This document shows, piece after piece, positions 1-11,032 of a stretch of 50,011 nt of DNA. The position numbers and the translations under genes were made by a program. Source of the DNA: Chthoniobacterales bacterium (GTDB lineage: Bacteria > Verrucomicrobiota > Verrucomicrobiia > Chthoniobacterales > JAATET01). The stretch spans positions 1 to 50,011 of the forward strand of contig JBGTDR010000212.1 in assembly GCA_041748215.1 (NCBI GenBank), in the 5' to 3' direction. Numbering within the stretch: the first letter of the stretch is position 1; every line of letters starts with the position of its first letter. The notes below the pieces were generated by a model. That model worked only from the letters and a program-made list of their open reading frames with translations. It made no database searches and was not told where the DNA came from.

Positions 1-1
1 A

Positions 2-1630
<1,629 letters not shown>

Positions 1631-1639
1631 ATCGACGGA

Positions 1640-1675
1640 AAAACGAAACAAGCCGCGGATCGCTCCGCGGCTTGC
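1640..1675. terminator. Bidirectional hairpin terminator between convergent acs and acpP: stem caagccgcgga, loop tcgc, stem tccgcggcttg
   Basis: A perfect 11-bp inverted repeat at 1649-1674 lies 19 nt after the acs stop. On the minus strand the hairpin is followed by a T-rich run (ttgtttcgtttttcc) 3' of acpP. Confidence 0.5.
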
Positions 1676-1710
1676 GTAAAGTGAATTGGGGGGGGTATTC
1701 GCGGCGGGCG

Positions 1711-1956
1711 TTATTTCCCGGCGCGCTCTTCGATGTAGCGATTCACGTCGCCCACCGTCTGCAATTTCTCGGCGTCTTCGTCCGGGACCTCGACGCTGAA
1801 TTCCTCCTCGAACGCCATGACGAGCTCGACAGTGTCGAGCGAATCGGCGCCAAGGTCTTCGATGAACGAAGCCGTGGGAGTGACCTGTTCGGGCGTCACG
1901 CCAAGCTGCTCAACAATGATATCTTTGACTTTCTCTTCGATGGATTTTTCGGACAT
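1711..1956 (-). CDS. acpP: Acyl carrier protein
   Basis: Internal ATG at 1956 gives [20 protein letters not shown]...[23 protein letters not shown] with the canonical DSLD phosphopantetheine site. It aligns closely to E. coli AcpP. The longer ORF start at 2016 adds a non-conserved 20-aa extension. Confidence 0.88.
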   Translation of the reverse strand: MSEKSIEEKVKDIIVEQLGVTPEQVTPTASFIEDLGADSLDTVELVMAFEEEFSVEVPDEDAEKLQTVGDVNRYIEERAGK

Positions 1957-2079
1957 GTCGGTAGGGTATGGATGTAAAGTGCGGTAGCAGTTATTGATGC
2001 TCGTGAGCTTTGACAATGATTTATTTCCTGCAACCGCAGAAAACTCTTTTCCCCCGGGGGGTCAAGGAGAATCCCGGAC

Positions 2080-2538
2080 GTGAATCCCTGCCGGTTTGAG
2101 AAATCCGTGTGGCTTGCGGCCGCACCCGAAGCCGTCTTCGAGTTCCACCAGGACCCGCACAACATTACCCGGATCAGCCCGCCTTCTCTCGTTGTGGTGA
2201 GCGTGGAGGCGGACCCGGTTGCCCAGGTCGGAGGGCGATTTACGCTGCACCTGCGGCAGCTGGGCATTCCCATGAGCTGGGTGGGGGAGTGGGAACACGT
2301 GCAACGCCCGGTAGCGCTGGTGGACCGGGCGGTCAAATCGCCGTTCCGCGTCTTTCGTCACGAACACCTCTTCGTGGCCGAAGGGGACGGCACGCGAATG
2401 ACGGATCGCGTCACTTACGTGCTGCCGTTCGGCATTCTGGGGTGGTTCGCAAGTATGACCGCCGTTCGGATCGTGCTGATGGCGATGTTCCGTCAGCGTC
2501 ACGCCGCGACGCAGCAGTTTTTTGCGACCGGAGCCTAA
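2080..2538 (+). CDS. SRPBCC-superfamily protein (polyketide cyclase/dehydrase-like, START/Bet v1 fold)
   Basis: GTG start preceded by aaggaga 9 nt upstream. The 152-aa protein has the SRPBCC pattern FEFHQDP...RVFRHEHLF...GDGTRMTDRVTY..PFGILG. Confidence 0.55.
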   Translation: MNPCRFEKSVWLAAAPEAVFEFHQDPHNITRISPPSLVVVSVEADPVAQVGGRFTLHLRQLGIPMSWVGEWEHVQRPVALVDRAVKSPFRVFRHEHLFVAEGDGTRMTDRVTYVLPFGILGWFASMTAVRIVLMAMFRQRHAATQQFFATGA

Positions 2539-3233
2539 TTCCCCGCGGGGCTGGCCGCAGGAATTGGCTGGTCTTCCCGCTTGCGCGGCGTGCTCTTTGG
2601 GGTGACCTGAGTGGTCTTCGTAAACTCGGGGTTGTTCACCAGAGCGGCCTCGACGGTGTAGGTGACACCCGGCTGCATTTCGCGGGTGGCAATCCGTTCC
2701 TTGTATTCGATGCGCTCGTCGGGGTTGATCATCACCACCCCCGCTTCGTCCTGGAACGCACGGTCGTCGGACCATTTTTCGATCTCCTTGCCGTCGGCAT
2801 CCCGCACGAGGATTTCGATGCGCTGCGACGTTGGGAACTCGAGTTTGATGAGCTTGCCCGTCTTGTTGAAGACGGTGAAATCGACGTTGATTTCGCGGCG
2901 TTCGTCGAGCGAGAAGCTCGCCGGCTCGACCGTCAATTTGCTCACCGAGCTGGCCTGCGGCATGATCCGGACAGACGCAAACATGTTGGTGAAAAATCCG
3001 GTGAACATCCGCCCGGCATTTACCTCGGCGTCTTTATTGAGAGGAAACGCTTTCGATGCGCTGGCTGACTGGCCGCGTTTGCGCGGACCGGCAGATTCAC
3101 GATCAGTTTTTTGAATGATAAAAAACGGGCTCTCTTCGTCGGGAATGAACGGCACTGGTGATTCGTCGTTTTGCGCGAACGCGGTGAGCAGAGTGCTCAG
3201 GAGAATCAGAAATGCGAGTCGGGCAGCGGACAT
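2535..3233 (-). CDS. Secreted hypothetical protein with N-terminal signal peptide
   Basis: Internal ATG at 3233 gives MSAARLAFLILLSTLLTAFAQ (cleavable signal peptide). The longer ORF extension to 3599 is low-complexity and overlaps the neighbouring gene. The 3' end overlaps the SRPBCC stop by 4 nt. Confidence 0.5.
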   Translation of the reverse strand: MSAARLAFLILLSTLLTAFAQNDESPVPFIPDEESPFFIIQKTDRESAGPRKRGQSASASKAFPLNKDAEVNAGRMFTGFFTNMFASVRIMPQASSVSKLTVEPASFSLDERREINVDFTVFNKTGKLIKLEFPTSQRIEILVRDADGKEIEKWSDDRAFQDEAGVVMINPDERIEYKERIATREMQPGVTYTVEAALVNNPEFTKTTQVTPKSTPRKREDQPIPAASPAGN

Positions 3234-3300
3234 CGAGCAATCGGTTAGCGCACCGCCGGGGCGGTTGCAAATCCTATCGCCCCGGGTACCCTTCGCCCTG

Positions 3301-3858
3301 ATGAAACGCGCTGTCCTTCTCCTCGTGCCGCTGCTGGCGTGTTTGCTCCTGACCGCCGGAGCGAAGCAGTCACCCAAAATGGCCATTCTCGTCAACCCAC
3401 AGGCCAGTTCGGCGACGGGTGGGGAGTTCAGCCGGCCCGTGCAGCTTCTCCATTCGAAAAAGGAGGTTCCCATGGGGGTTTTGCCGCTGCTGACGCATTC
3501 GGAATTTAAATCGTTCCACGCGTTCAAAGCTCCCGACGGCACGTGGGGTGCTTCGTTCCGACTTGATCCCCACGGAAAAAATCTGCTCGAGCAGCACACG
3601 CTTTCGATGCGCGGCAGCTACCTTTTTGTCTGGGTGAATGGCCGGCAGGTGATCGACCTCTTCGTGGATCGTCCGGTGCGGGACGGAATTTTTACCATCC
3701 CGCGCGGCCTCACTGCCAACGAAGCGGAAATGATGAAATATCAATTTCCAGCGATGGGTCGGGAAAAGGACAAGTTGCCCAAGGCGCCCAAAACGCCGAA
3801 GGAACCCAAAGCCGTCCCGGCCGAAGACGCCAAACCCGAGAACAAACCTTCGGTTTGA
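3301..3858 (+). CDS. Secreted hypothetical protein with signal peptide; Lys/Pro-rich C-terminal tail
   Basis: ATG at 3301 gives MKRAVLLLVPLLACLLLTAGA (signal peptide). The stop overlaps the M23 peptidase start by 4 nt (3855-3858), which suggests co-transcription. Confidence 0.5.
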   Translation: MKRAVLLLVPLLACLLLTAGAKQSPKMAILVNPQASSATGGEFSRPVQLLHSKKEVPMGVLPLLTHSEFKSFHAFKAPDGTWGASFRLDPHGKNLLEQHTLSMRGSYLFVWVNGRQVIDLFVDRPVRDGIFTIPRGLTANEAEMMKYQFPAMGREKDKLPKAPKTPKEPKAVPAEDAKPENKPSV

Positions 3859-4895
3859 TGGTGCGCGTTTTCCTTTGCGCGGTCCTTGCCGCAGTGGTCC
3901 CGGCTACGGCTGCGGAATTCCTCTTCGATTTCCCCACGGCCAACCACGCCCTCGTCGAGGGCCGGCCGGATGATTTTTTCATGTATGTGAATCGAGACTT
4001 CGAGGGCAAACGCACCACGCCGTGGGAGGGCGGGCAATACGGGTTTGTCCGGGGACCAGAGCGGAGCGGCGGCGAAATTGTCTATTCCGCGCTGCACGAA
4101 GGCATCGACATCCGTCCCCTTCGCCGTGATGCGGCGGGCAATCCGCTCGATCCCATCCTCGCGGCCGCGGCGGGAACCGTCGTTTACGTCAACGACCGTC
4201 CGGGTGGTTCGAACTACGGCCGCTACCTCGTGATCGAACACATCATCGACCGCAGCCCATACTACACACTCTACGCACACCTCGCGTCCATAGCCGTCGC
4301 TGTCGGCGACAGCGTCCGCCAGGGCCAGACTCTCGGTGTGATGGGCTACTCCGGCGTGGGTCTTGACCGGGAGCGCTCCCACCTTCACTTCGAATTTGCC
4401 CTCATGCTCAGTCCGAATTTTTCGTCCTGGTACGCGAGCGTTGATCCCAACCCGAACCCTCACGGAAATTTCAACGGCCGGAATCTGGTGGGCCTCGATC
4501 CGGGGGATCTGCTCGCCGAAATTCGCGCCCAACCGGGCACGTTTCGTCTCACTGAATACCTCCGGAACCAGGAGGCGTATTTCAGCGTCGCGGTGCCCGC
4601 CTCACCCCACCTCAACATTCTTCGGATGTATCCCTGGCTCTTTGACAGCGGCAGTCCGACGAGCGCCCCGACCTGGGTGATCTCGTTCACGCGGACCGGT
4701 GTGCCCGTGCGGGCGAAAGCGTCCCCGCAACCGATCCCGTCCCCACGTGTGACGTGGGTGCGTTCGACGGGAGCGCCGTATGCGCGGGCCACCCGCGGGC
4801 TGGTGACCGGAGGCGCAGGGCAGCCAATCCTTTCGAAATCCGGACAACAACTCATTCAACTCCTCGCCGCGCCTCCGGTCGCTCCCGCCAATTGA
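3855..4895 (+). CDS. M23 family metallopeptidase (LytM-like)
   Basis: N-terminal signal-like segment. M23 motifs HEGIDI (HxxxD), YYTLYAHL and HLHFEF (HxH). Confidence 0.75.
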   Translation: MMVRVFLCAVLAAVVPATAAEFLFDFPTANHALVEGRPDDFFMYVNRDFEGKRTTPWEGGQYGFVRGPERSGGEIVYSALHEGIDIRPLRRDAAGNPLDPILAAAAGTVVYVNDRPGGSNYGRYLVIEHIIDRSPYYTLYAHLASIAVAVGDSVRQGQTLGVMGYSGVGLDRERSHLHFEFALMLSPNFSSWYASVDPNPNPHGNFNGRNLVGLDPGDLLAEIRAQPGTFRLTEYLRNQEAYFSVAVPASPHLNILRMYPWLFDSGSPTSAPTWVISFTRTGVPVRAKASPQPIPSPRVTWVRSTGAPYARATRGLVTGGAGQPILSKSGQQLIQLLAAPPVAPAN

Positions 4896-5293
4896 ATGCT
4901 TCCGCTGCTCCGGCCAGCCAGCGTCCACGCGCGCGAATCTCCGGCCAGTGGCTCGTCATCGTACTGGTCGGGGCGGCTGTGCTGTTCGGCGGCCTGACGT
5001 GGCGGCAGTACCAGTGGGACAACCCGACATCGGTCCGCGGCGAACTCGTTTTGGTGGATGGTGTCTGGCAGGCGAACGCGACGTTCGCCGCGGAGGATCT
5101 GCCGCGCGTGCTGCCGGGCGCGGGCGTGATTCTGAGCAGCCCGGCATTTCCCAGCCACAAGATGTCCGGGGCGCTCGTGAGCGTGTCACCGGACGGCACG
5201 GCCACGGTGGCAATTCAATCCGGACCGCCGCCCGACACGCAGGTCACCACGGCGGAATGTGTCGTGACCGTGGACTCCGCGACGGCACCTTGA
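4754..5293 (+). CDS. Hypothetical small membrane protein (one TM helix, WLVIVLVGAAVLFGGLTW); start uncertain
   Basis: An ORF in a different frame overlaps the last ~140 nt of the M23 gene. No in-frame ATG/GTG/TTG exists between the M23 stop and the TM helix, so either the genes really overlap or this is not a gene. Confidence 0.25.
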   Translation: MGAFDGSAVCAGHPRAGDRRRRAANPFEIRTTTHSTPRRASGRSRQLNASAAPASQRPRARISGQWLVIVLVGAAVLFGGLTWRQYQWDNPTSVRGELVLVDGVWQANATFAAEDLPRVLPGAGVILSSPAFPSHKMSGALVSVSPDGTATVAIQSGPPPDTQVTTAECVVTVDSATAP

Positions 5294-5363
5294 TGCCGAA
5301 CCATCGCACGCCGGAAACCGACCTTGCCAAGGCGCGGGATCGCTGCTGCCGTTCGAGCGCACG

Positions 5364-7013
5364 ATGAAGTCTTTCTGGCCCTGGCTCCTCGCCGCCCTGA
5401 GCGGAGTGCTGCTTGCGCTGTGCTACCCGCCGTTCGACCAGGGGTGGCTGTGCTGGATCGCGCTCACACCGCTCACTGCGGCCTTGTGGTTGAGCTCGTC
5501 CGCGGGCCGGTGGCAGCCACTGCGCCTGGCTGGCCTCGGCTACACCATGGGCTTGGTTTTCTTTTGGATGTCACTCCATTGGATTACCGAAGTCACCACG
5601 CTCGGGTGGTTCGTTTTTGCGTTTTACCTCGCGCTGTTTCCGGCCGCTTGGGCGCTGTTTGTCGGCATCGTCGCCCGCCCCACCGCGGGGCCGGCCCCAT
5701 TTCTGCACTCGAGCACCAACCTTCGTTTGGCCGTAATTGGAGCCGTGGGCTGGACCGGGATCGAATGGGTGCGCGGAACGCTCTTCACGGGGTTTGGGTG
5801 GAATTCACTCGGCGTCGCGCTCTGGCAGAATACGGCACTCCTCCAGATCGCGGATTTTGCCGGCGTCGGCGGCGTTTCGTTTCTCATCGTGATGGTGAAT
5901 CTCACGGCGGTGCTCACGGTCAGACGGCTCACCCTCGAGGTCGGCCACGTTCGCATCCGGCCGCATTACGATTTCACGCTCACCCTCGCTCTCGTCGCCC
6001 TCGCGTTCACCTACGGCGTTCGGCATTTTTACCGCCCGCCGGTGCCATCCGTGCCTCTGAAGGTTGCTGCGATCCAGGCCAACATTCCGCAGGACCAGAA
6101 GTGGGATCCGGTATTCGAACGCCGCATCATGGAAATTTACCGCCAGCAATCCGAGGCGGCCATCGCCCTTGAGCCGGATTTGCTCGTCTGGCCGGAAGCC
6201 GCCACGCCGCAAGCCCTGCTCAACAATCTCGACATGCAGCGGGAGGCGACTGCGCTGCTCGAAAAACACGGCGGCCCGTTCCTGCTCGGAACCGTGCACT
6301 TCACCACGAACCAGGCCTTCAATTCCGCCGTCCTGCTGCAGCCGGACGGGGACGTGCAACTTTACAACAAGATCCATCTCGTACCGTTCGGTGAATACGT
6401 ACCTTTCCGCGAAACGTTCCCGCTCTTCGCGTGGGCCGTCGGCGATCAGGTGCCGAGTGATTTCGATGCCGGTACGGAAACGCGGGTGCTCGACGCCACC
6501 CCGAAACCGATGCGCAATCCGGGCCACATTCCCTTTTTGCCGGCCTCCATCGCCCTCGACTTCGCCCGCCATCCCGTGCGCATCGCCCCGCTCATTTGTT
6601 TCGAGGATACTCTCGGCGATCTGACACGGCATTTCGCCGCTCGCGGAGCCCAACTTCTCGTGACGCTCACGAATGACGGATGGTTTCGCGAAAGCGCCGG
6701 TTCGCGCCAACACCTCGCAAATTCCGTTTTCCGTGCTGCCGAGACCAAACTCCCGATGGTCCGCGTCGCCAATACCGGTGTCACTTGCTTCATCGATCAC
6801 CTTGGCCGTATCACCGAGACCCTGCGCTCCGCCGACGGCAGCACGTTCATCGAAGGGTTTCTTTTTGGCACTGTGCAAGTCCCGCTCGACCCACAAAAAA
6901 CCTTTTACACCCGCCACGGCGACCTCTTCGCGCTGGTCTGCTTTTTCGGCTCCCTCGTCGCGCTTCAAGTCCATCTCTTCACCGCGCGGCGCGAACACCA
7001 GGATTCCGCTTAA
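5364..7013 (+). CDS. lnt: Apolipoprotein N-acyltransferase
   Basis: 549 aa with an N-terminal polytopic membrane domain and a C-terminal CN-hydrolase domain (Lnt architecture). No convincing E-K-C triad could be picked out; the call rests on domain architecture. Confidence 0.8.
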   Translation: MKSFWPWLLAALSGVLLALCYPPFDQGWLCWIALTPLTAALWLSSSAGRWQPLRLAGLGYTMGLVFFWMSLHWITEVTTLGWFVFAFYLALFPAAWALFVGIVARPTAGPAPFLHSSTNLRLAVIGAVGWTGIEWVRGTLFTGFGWNSLGVALWQNTALLQIADFAGVGGVSFLIVMVNLTAVLTVRRLTLEVGHVRIRPHYDFTLTLALVALAFTYGVRHFYRPPVPSVPLKVAAIQANIPQDQKWDPVFERRIMEIYRQQSEAAIALEPDLLVWPEAATPQALLNNLDMQREATALLEKHGGPFLLGTVHFTTNQAFNSAVLLQPDGDVQLYNKIHLVPFGEYVPFRETFPLFAWAVGDQVPSDFDAGTETRVLDATPKPMRNPGHIPFLPASIALDFARHPVRIAPLICFEDTLGDLTRHFAARGAQLLVTLTNDGWFRESAGSRQHLANSVFRAAETKLPMVRVANTGVTCFIDHLGRITETLRSADGSTFIEGFLFGTVQVPLDPQKTFYTRHGDLFALVCFFGSLVALQVHLFTARREHQDSA

Positions 7014-7047
7014 CACTTCGAAAGTTAAAACCTAAAACACCCGTTCC

Positions 7048-7284
7048 ATGAAGGCCCTCGTCACCGTGATGCCCAAACCCTCCGTCCTCGATCCGCAAGG
7101 TGCCGCTGTCGCTCAAGCCATGGCGCACCTCGGCCACACCGGTGCCAGAAAAGTGCGCGTCGGGCGCTCAATCGAGATCGATTTCGGCTCGGCCTCAGTC
7201 GACGAATCGCAGTTCCACAGCCTCTGCCGCGACCTCCTTTCAAATCCGGTCATCGAAGATTACACCCTCGAAATCCTTCCATGA
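7048..7284 (+). CDS. purS: Phosphoribosylformylglycinamidine synthase subunit PurS
   Basis: 78 aa, [21 protein letters not shown]...[11 protein letters not shown], the typical PurS pattern. It lies directly upstream of purQ/purL. Confidence 0.85.
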   Translation: MKALVTVMPKPSVLDPQGAAVAQAMAHLGHTGARKVRVGRSIEIDFGSASVDESQFHSLCRDLLSNPVIEDYTLEILP

Positions 7285-7359
7285 TTCCCGGACCTGTGGC
7301 GGACGGCAGGCATCCGGAAAGCGAAGGTTTCACCGCCGAATTCCGTTTCGTGAACACCC

Positions 7360-8014
7360 GATGAAATTTGCCGTCATTCAATTTCCCGGCTCGAACTGCG
7401 ATCAGGATTGCCTGACCGCGCTGGCGACGTTCCCCGGCGTCACCGCCGAATACGTCTGGCACAAGGACACGTCGCTGGGCGGTTGTGATGCCGTGATCGT
7501 TCCCGGCGGATTTTCCTACGGCGATTACCTGCGTTGCGGGGCAATCGCGCGATTTTCCCCAATCATGACGGCGGTCAAAAACCACGCCGCCGCGGGTGGT
7601 CCGGTCCTCGGCATTTGCAATGGATTTCAGATTCTGTGCGAATCCGGATTGTTGCCCGGTGCACTCGTTCGCAACCGCGGTCTGCACTTCATTTGCGAGC
7701 ACGTTGATCTCAAGGTCGAAACGTCCAGCCGCTTCACGGCGGCCGCCGCACCCGGCGATCTGCTGCGCATTCCCATCGCGCACGGCGAAGGATGTTATTT
7801 CGCCGACGACAGCACGCTCCGCGACCTCGCGGAGCACGGCCAGGTTTTGCTACGGTACCACGGCCGGAATCCCAACGGTTCACTCGAAAACATCGCCGGC
7901 ATCACCAACCGCGCGGGCAACGTCTTTGGTCTCATGCCACACCCCGAACGCGCCTGCGATCCTCTGCTCGGCAGCACCGACGGCCGCGTCATTTTCCAAT
8001 CTCTGATCGGATGA
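7360..8014 (+). CDS. purQ: Phosphoribosylformylglycinamidine synthase glutamine amidotransferase subunit PurQ
   Basis: Internal ATG at 7360 gives [16 protein letters not shown].... It has the class-I GATase Cys in GICNGFQ and His-Glu in MPHPER. The upstream ORF extension overlaps purS and is discarded. Confidence 0.88.
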
Positions 8015-10311
8015 ATTCTCCCTCGAATCCTTCTCTGCCCGTCGTGGAAAACGATCCTCCCATCACGCCTGAAATCGTCGCCAAACACGGGATCACCCCC
8101 GACGAGTACGTCCGCATTCAAGAAATCCTCGGCCGCGACCCGAACTTCACCGAACTCGGAGTTTTCTCCGTCATGTGGAGCGAGCATTGCTCATACAAAA
8201 ACTCGAAGCTCGAACTCAAAAAATTTCCGACCACCGGGGAGCGGGTGCTCGTGCGGGCCGGTGAAGAAAATGCCGGCGTCATCGACATCGGCGACGGCTG
8301 GGCCATCGCGTTCAAGATGGAAAGCCACAACCACCCGAGTGCGGTCGAGCCGTTTCAGGGAGCGGCCACCGGGGTCGGTGGCATTATCCGCGACATCTTC
8401 ACGATGGGAGCGCGACCCGTGTTTTCGATGAATTCGCTGCGTTTCGGAGCGATCTCCGGTGACAGCGCGGAAGCCCGCACGAATCGCCGCCTTTTTGCCG
8501 GCGTCGTTTCCGGCATCTCGCACTACGGCAATTGCATTGGCATTCCGACCATCGGCGGGGAAATTTATTTCGACGATTCCTACAACGGCAATCCCCTCGT
8601 CAACGTGCTGAATCTCGGCATCCTCCGACACGACCAGATCGCCCGCGGCGGTGCGGTCGGCATCGGAAATCCGGTGTTCTACGTTGGAGCCGAGACCGGA
8701 CGCGACGGTCTCGCCGGAGCCGCGTTCGCCTCCCGGGAGCTCACCGAAGAGAGTAAGGAAGACCGGCCGGCCGTTCAGGTCGGCGATCCGTTCCGTGAAA
8801 AACTTCTGCTCGAAGCCTGCCTCGAACTCCTCGCCAGCGGCTGCGTGGCCGGGATCCAGGACATGGGTGCTGCCGGACTCACCTGCTCGACCTGCGAGAC
8901 CGCCAGCCGGGGCGGCACCGGCGTCGAAATCGAACTCGACCTCGTGCCGAAACGCGAAACGGGCATGACGCCCTACGAGATCCTCCTCAGCGAATCGCAG
9001 GAGCGCATGCTCGTCATCGTCAAGGCCGGTCAGGAACAGACCGTCCGCGACATCTTCGAAAAGTGGGACCTGCCGTACGCTCACGTCGGCGAGGTCAAGG
9101 ATGATGGCATGATGCGCGTCAAATCCGGCGGTCGAACGGTCGTGGAAATCCCGGCCCGGCAGCTCGCCGATGAAGCCCCGCTCTACGCCCGCGAAGCCGC
9201 CGAAAAAATCATCGCCGATGACGCGGAGTTTGCGGAAATCGTGAACGCGATGTCGTCACCGGCACCTGCGGTCGTGGACGCGCTGGTTGCGCTCCTGAGC
9301 GATCCGAGCATTGCAAGCAAACGCTGGGTCTGGCGGCAATACGATCACATGGTCCGCCTCGGTGCGGCAGTCCTGCCCGGTTCCGATGCCGCCGTTTTTT
9401 ACGTGCGGGAAGCGGACAAAATTCTCGCCGCTTCCACCGATTGCAACGCGCTTTATTGCCGCCAGGACCCCCGCCAGGGAGCTCGCATCGCCGTTGCCGA
9501 ATGCTGCCGCAACCTCGCGTGTTCCGGTGCCGTGCCGCTTGCACTCACCGACAATCTGAATTTCGGCAACCCGCACAAACCGGCAAATTTTCTCCAGCTT
9601 CGCGAAGCCGTCGAAGGAATGGCCGAAGCGTGCCGCGTATTTGGAACTCCGGTGACAGGTGGCAACGTGAGTCTCTACAACGAGTCGCCTGCCGGTTCCA
9701 TCGATCCGACGCCGACGGTCGGTGTTGTTGGTCTGATCGCCGACGCGGCCCACATCACGACGAGCGCCTTCAAGACGCCGGGGGATCTCGTCCTCCTGCT
9801 CGGAGCTCCCGTCGAAGAGACGGGTGCCCGCGGGATGGGCGCGAGCCATTACCTCAAGGTCGTGCGGGGTGAAAAACTCGGCCCGCCGCCCGCCCTCGAC
9901 TACGCCACCGAACGTGCCCTCCACGATGCCGTGCGCTCCCTGATTTCTGCCGGACTGATCCGCAGTGCTCATGACCTGAGCGAAGGCGGCCTGGCCGTCG
10001 CCGCTGCGGAAAGCTGCCTCGCCGCGAGCCCCGCTTCGCTCGGAGCAAAGCTTGCCTTTGCGACATCCCATTCAGCAATCGTCACGCTTTTCAACGAATC
10101 CCAGTCCCGCATTCTCGTTTCCATCGATCCTGCCCACCGGGAATCCGTGCTCGAGCAGCTCGCCACCGCCGGCGTGCCTGCGGCGGTCGCCGGCGAAGTC
10201 ACCGACGGCTCCGAACTCGTGATCACCTGCGGAGACGAGACGTTCACATGGCCGCTCGCCACGCTCCAATCCGCTTGGGCCGACACCATCGGCTCGCTGA
10301 TGGAGACCTGA
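8011..10311 (+). CDS. purL: Phosphoribosylformylglycinamidine synthase subunit PurL (FGAM synthase II)
   Basis: ATG at 8011 overlaps the purQ stop (ATGA). MNSPSN...[17 protein letters not shown]...ESHNHPS is the PurL/AIRS-domain signature. 766 aa. Confidence 0.9.
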   Translation: MNSPSNPSLPVVENDPPITPEIVAKHGITPDEYVRIQEILGRDPNFTELGVFSVMWSEHCSYKNSKLELKKFPTTGERVLVRAGEENAGVIDIGDGWAIAFKMESHNHPSAVEPFQGAATGVGGIIRDIFTMGARPVFSMNSLRFGAISGDSAEARTNRRLFAGVVSGISHYGNCIGIPTIGGEIYFDDSYNGNPLVNVLNLGILRHDQIARGGAVGIGNPVFYVGAETGRDGLAGAAFASRELTEESKEDRPAVQVGDPFREKLLLEACLELLASGCVAGIQDMGAAGLTCSTCETASRGGTGVEIELDLVPKRETGMTPYEILLSESQERMLVIVKAGQEQTVRDIFEKWDLPYAHVGEVKDDGMMRVKSGGRTVVEIPARQLADEAPLYAREAAEKIIADDAEFAEIVNAMSSPAPAVVDALVALLSDPSIASKRWVWRQYDHMVRLGAAVLPGSDAAVFYVREADKILAASTDCNALYCRQDPRQGARIAVAECCRNLACSGAVPLALTDNLNFGNPHKPANFLQLREAVEGMAEACRVFGTPVTGGNVSLYNESPAGSIDPTPTVGVVGLIADAAHITTSAFKTPGDLVLLLGAPVEETGARGMGASHYLKVVRGEKLGPPPALDYATERALHDAVRSLISAGLIRSAHDLSEGGLAVAAAESCLAASPASLGAKLAFATSHSAIVTLFNESQSRILVSIDPAHRESVLEQLATAGVPAAVAGEVTDGSELVITCGDETFTWPLATLQSAWADTIGSLMET

Positions 10312-10330
10312 GCGCAGGAAGGTTTCGGCT

Positions 10331-10879
10331 CTACGATTCGTCGCCGCAGAAATCAGCTTCGATTTCTGCCAGATGCCGTCCCGCGACTTCACGAATCCGG
10401 TTGAAGTGACCCTCCTCGCAACAGCAGACAAATCCTTCAGTCACCGTTTTGAGTTCTTCCCAGCGCTGGCGCACCTCCCGCGCTTCGCCCGGAGCGATCC
10501 GCCCGTCCGCACCAGCCAGCGCGATGATCGAAATCATGCTCGCGAATTCCTGAATGATCTCCGTCGTCGCAGGCAGCAGGTCGAGGCATTCGCCGTAGCC
10601 GTTCGGATCTTTCACGTAGAATCCGCCCGCCTGATGACAGAGCCACTGGATGATCGGTTCGTGGCCGGTGATCCGAATCAAGGCCGCGAGTCGATCCAGC
10701 GGATTGGTCGCGCCGCTGGCTCCGTCACCGCTTGCTTGCGTCCATTTATAAACGCTCGAAAGCGACACCCCGAGCTCCGTCGCCACGGCCTTCGGACCGC
10801 TGGCTTCAAAGGCGTCGCGCAAGACGTCGTGGGAATCCTGCATGAGCGGACGATGGGATGGCGGGTTCCCGGCTGACAA
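10331..10879 (-). CDS. HTH DNA-binding regulator (phage CII / Cro-like helix-turn-helix) with Cys-rich C-terminus
   Basis: KAVATELGVSLSSVYKWTQ is a classic Cro/CII-type HTH. The C-terminal FVCCCEEGH...FCGD is a cysteine cluster. It is divergent from the yqiJ/yqiK-like operon. Confidence 0.5.
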   Translation of the reverse strand: MSAGNPPSHRPLMQDSHDVLRDAFEASGPKAVATELGVSLSSVYKWTQASGDGASGATNPLDRLAALIRITGHEPIIQWLCHQAGGFYVKDPNGYGECLDLLPATTEIIQEFASMISIIALAGADGRIAPGEAREVRQRWEELKTVTEGFVCCCEEGHFNRIREVAGRHLAEIEADFCGDES

Positions 10880-11032
10880 GCAAATAGCCCACGGCCGCCC
10901 GCCGGAAGCGATGCGAAAATTACGCCAAAATTGTAAATGCGCGAATTACTTCGAGCCGGATAGGGTCCCAGCCATGAACCGCACTCGCCCCCCGCGTCTG
11001 CACAGCTTCACGGCTGGAGAGGAGGTCTTCGC
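10880..11032. promoter_or_regulatory. Divergent promoter/operator region between CII-like regulator (-) and nfeD-flotillin operon (+)
   Basis: A 153-bp non-coding gap between divergently transcribed genes. It is AT-richer than its surroundings (ttacgccaaaattgtaaatgcgcgaattacttcgag). Confidence 0.35.

Noticed and set aside
2051-2060. 10-bp perfect palindrome cccccggggg in the acpP/SRPBCC intergenic region
   Set aside because: Could be an operator, but a single short G/C palindrome in a GC-rich genome is expected by chance. No partner half-sites seen.
5805-7016. 403-aa minus-strand ORF antisense to lnt
   Set aside because: No domain signature. lnt on the plus strand has membrane-domain-plus-CN-hydrolase architecture and operon context.
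7100-7359. N-terminal 87-aa extension of the purQ ORF overlapping purS
   Set aside because: The extension is in a different frame from purS and overlaps it entirely. The conserved PurQ sequence begins at the internal ATG ([11 protein letters not shown]).
8191-10071. Minus-strand ORFs antisense to purL
   Set aside because: GC-rich antisense artefacts. purL has unambiguous motifs and ATGA coupling to purQ.
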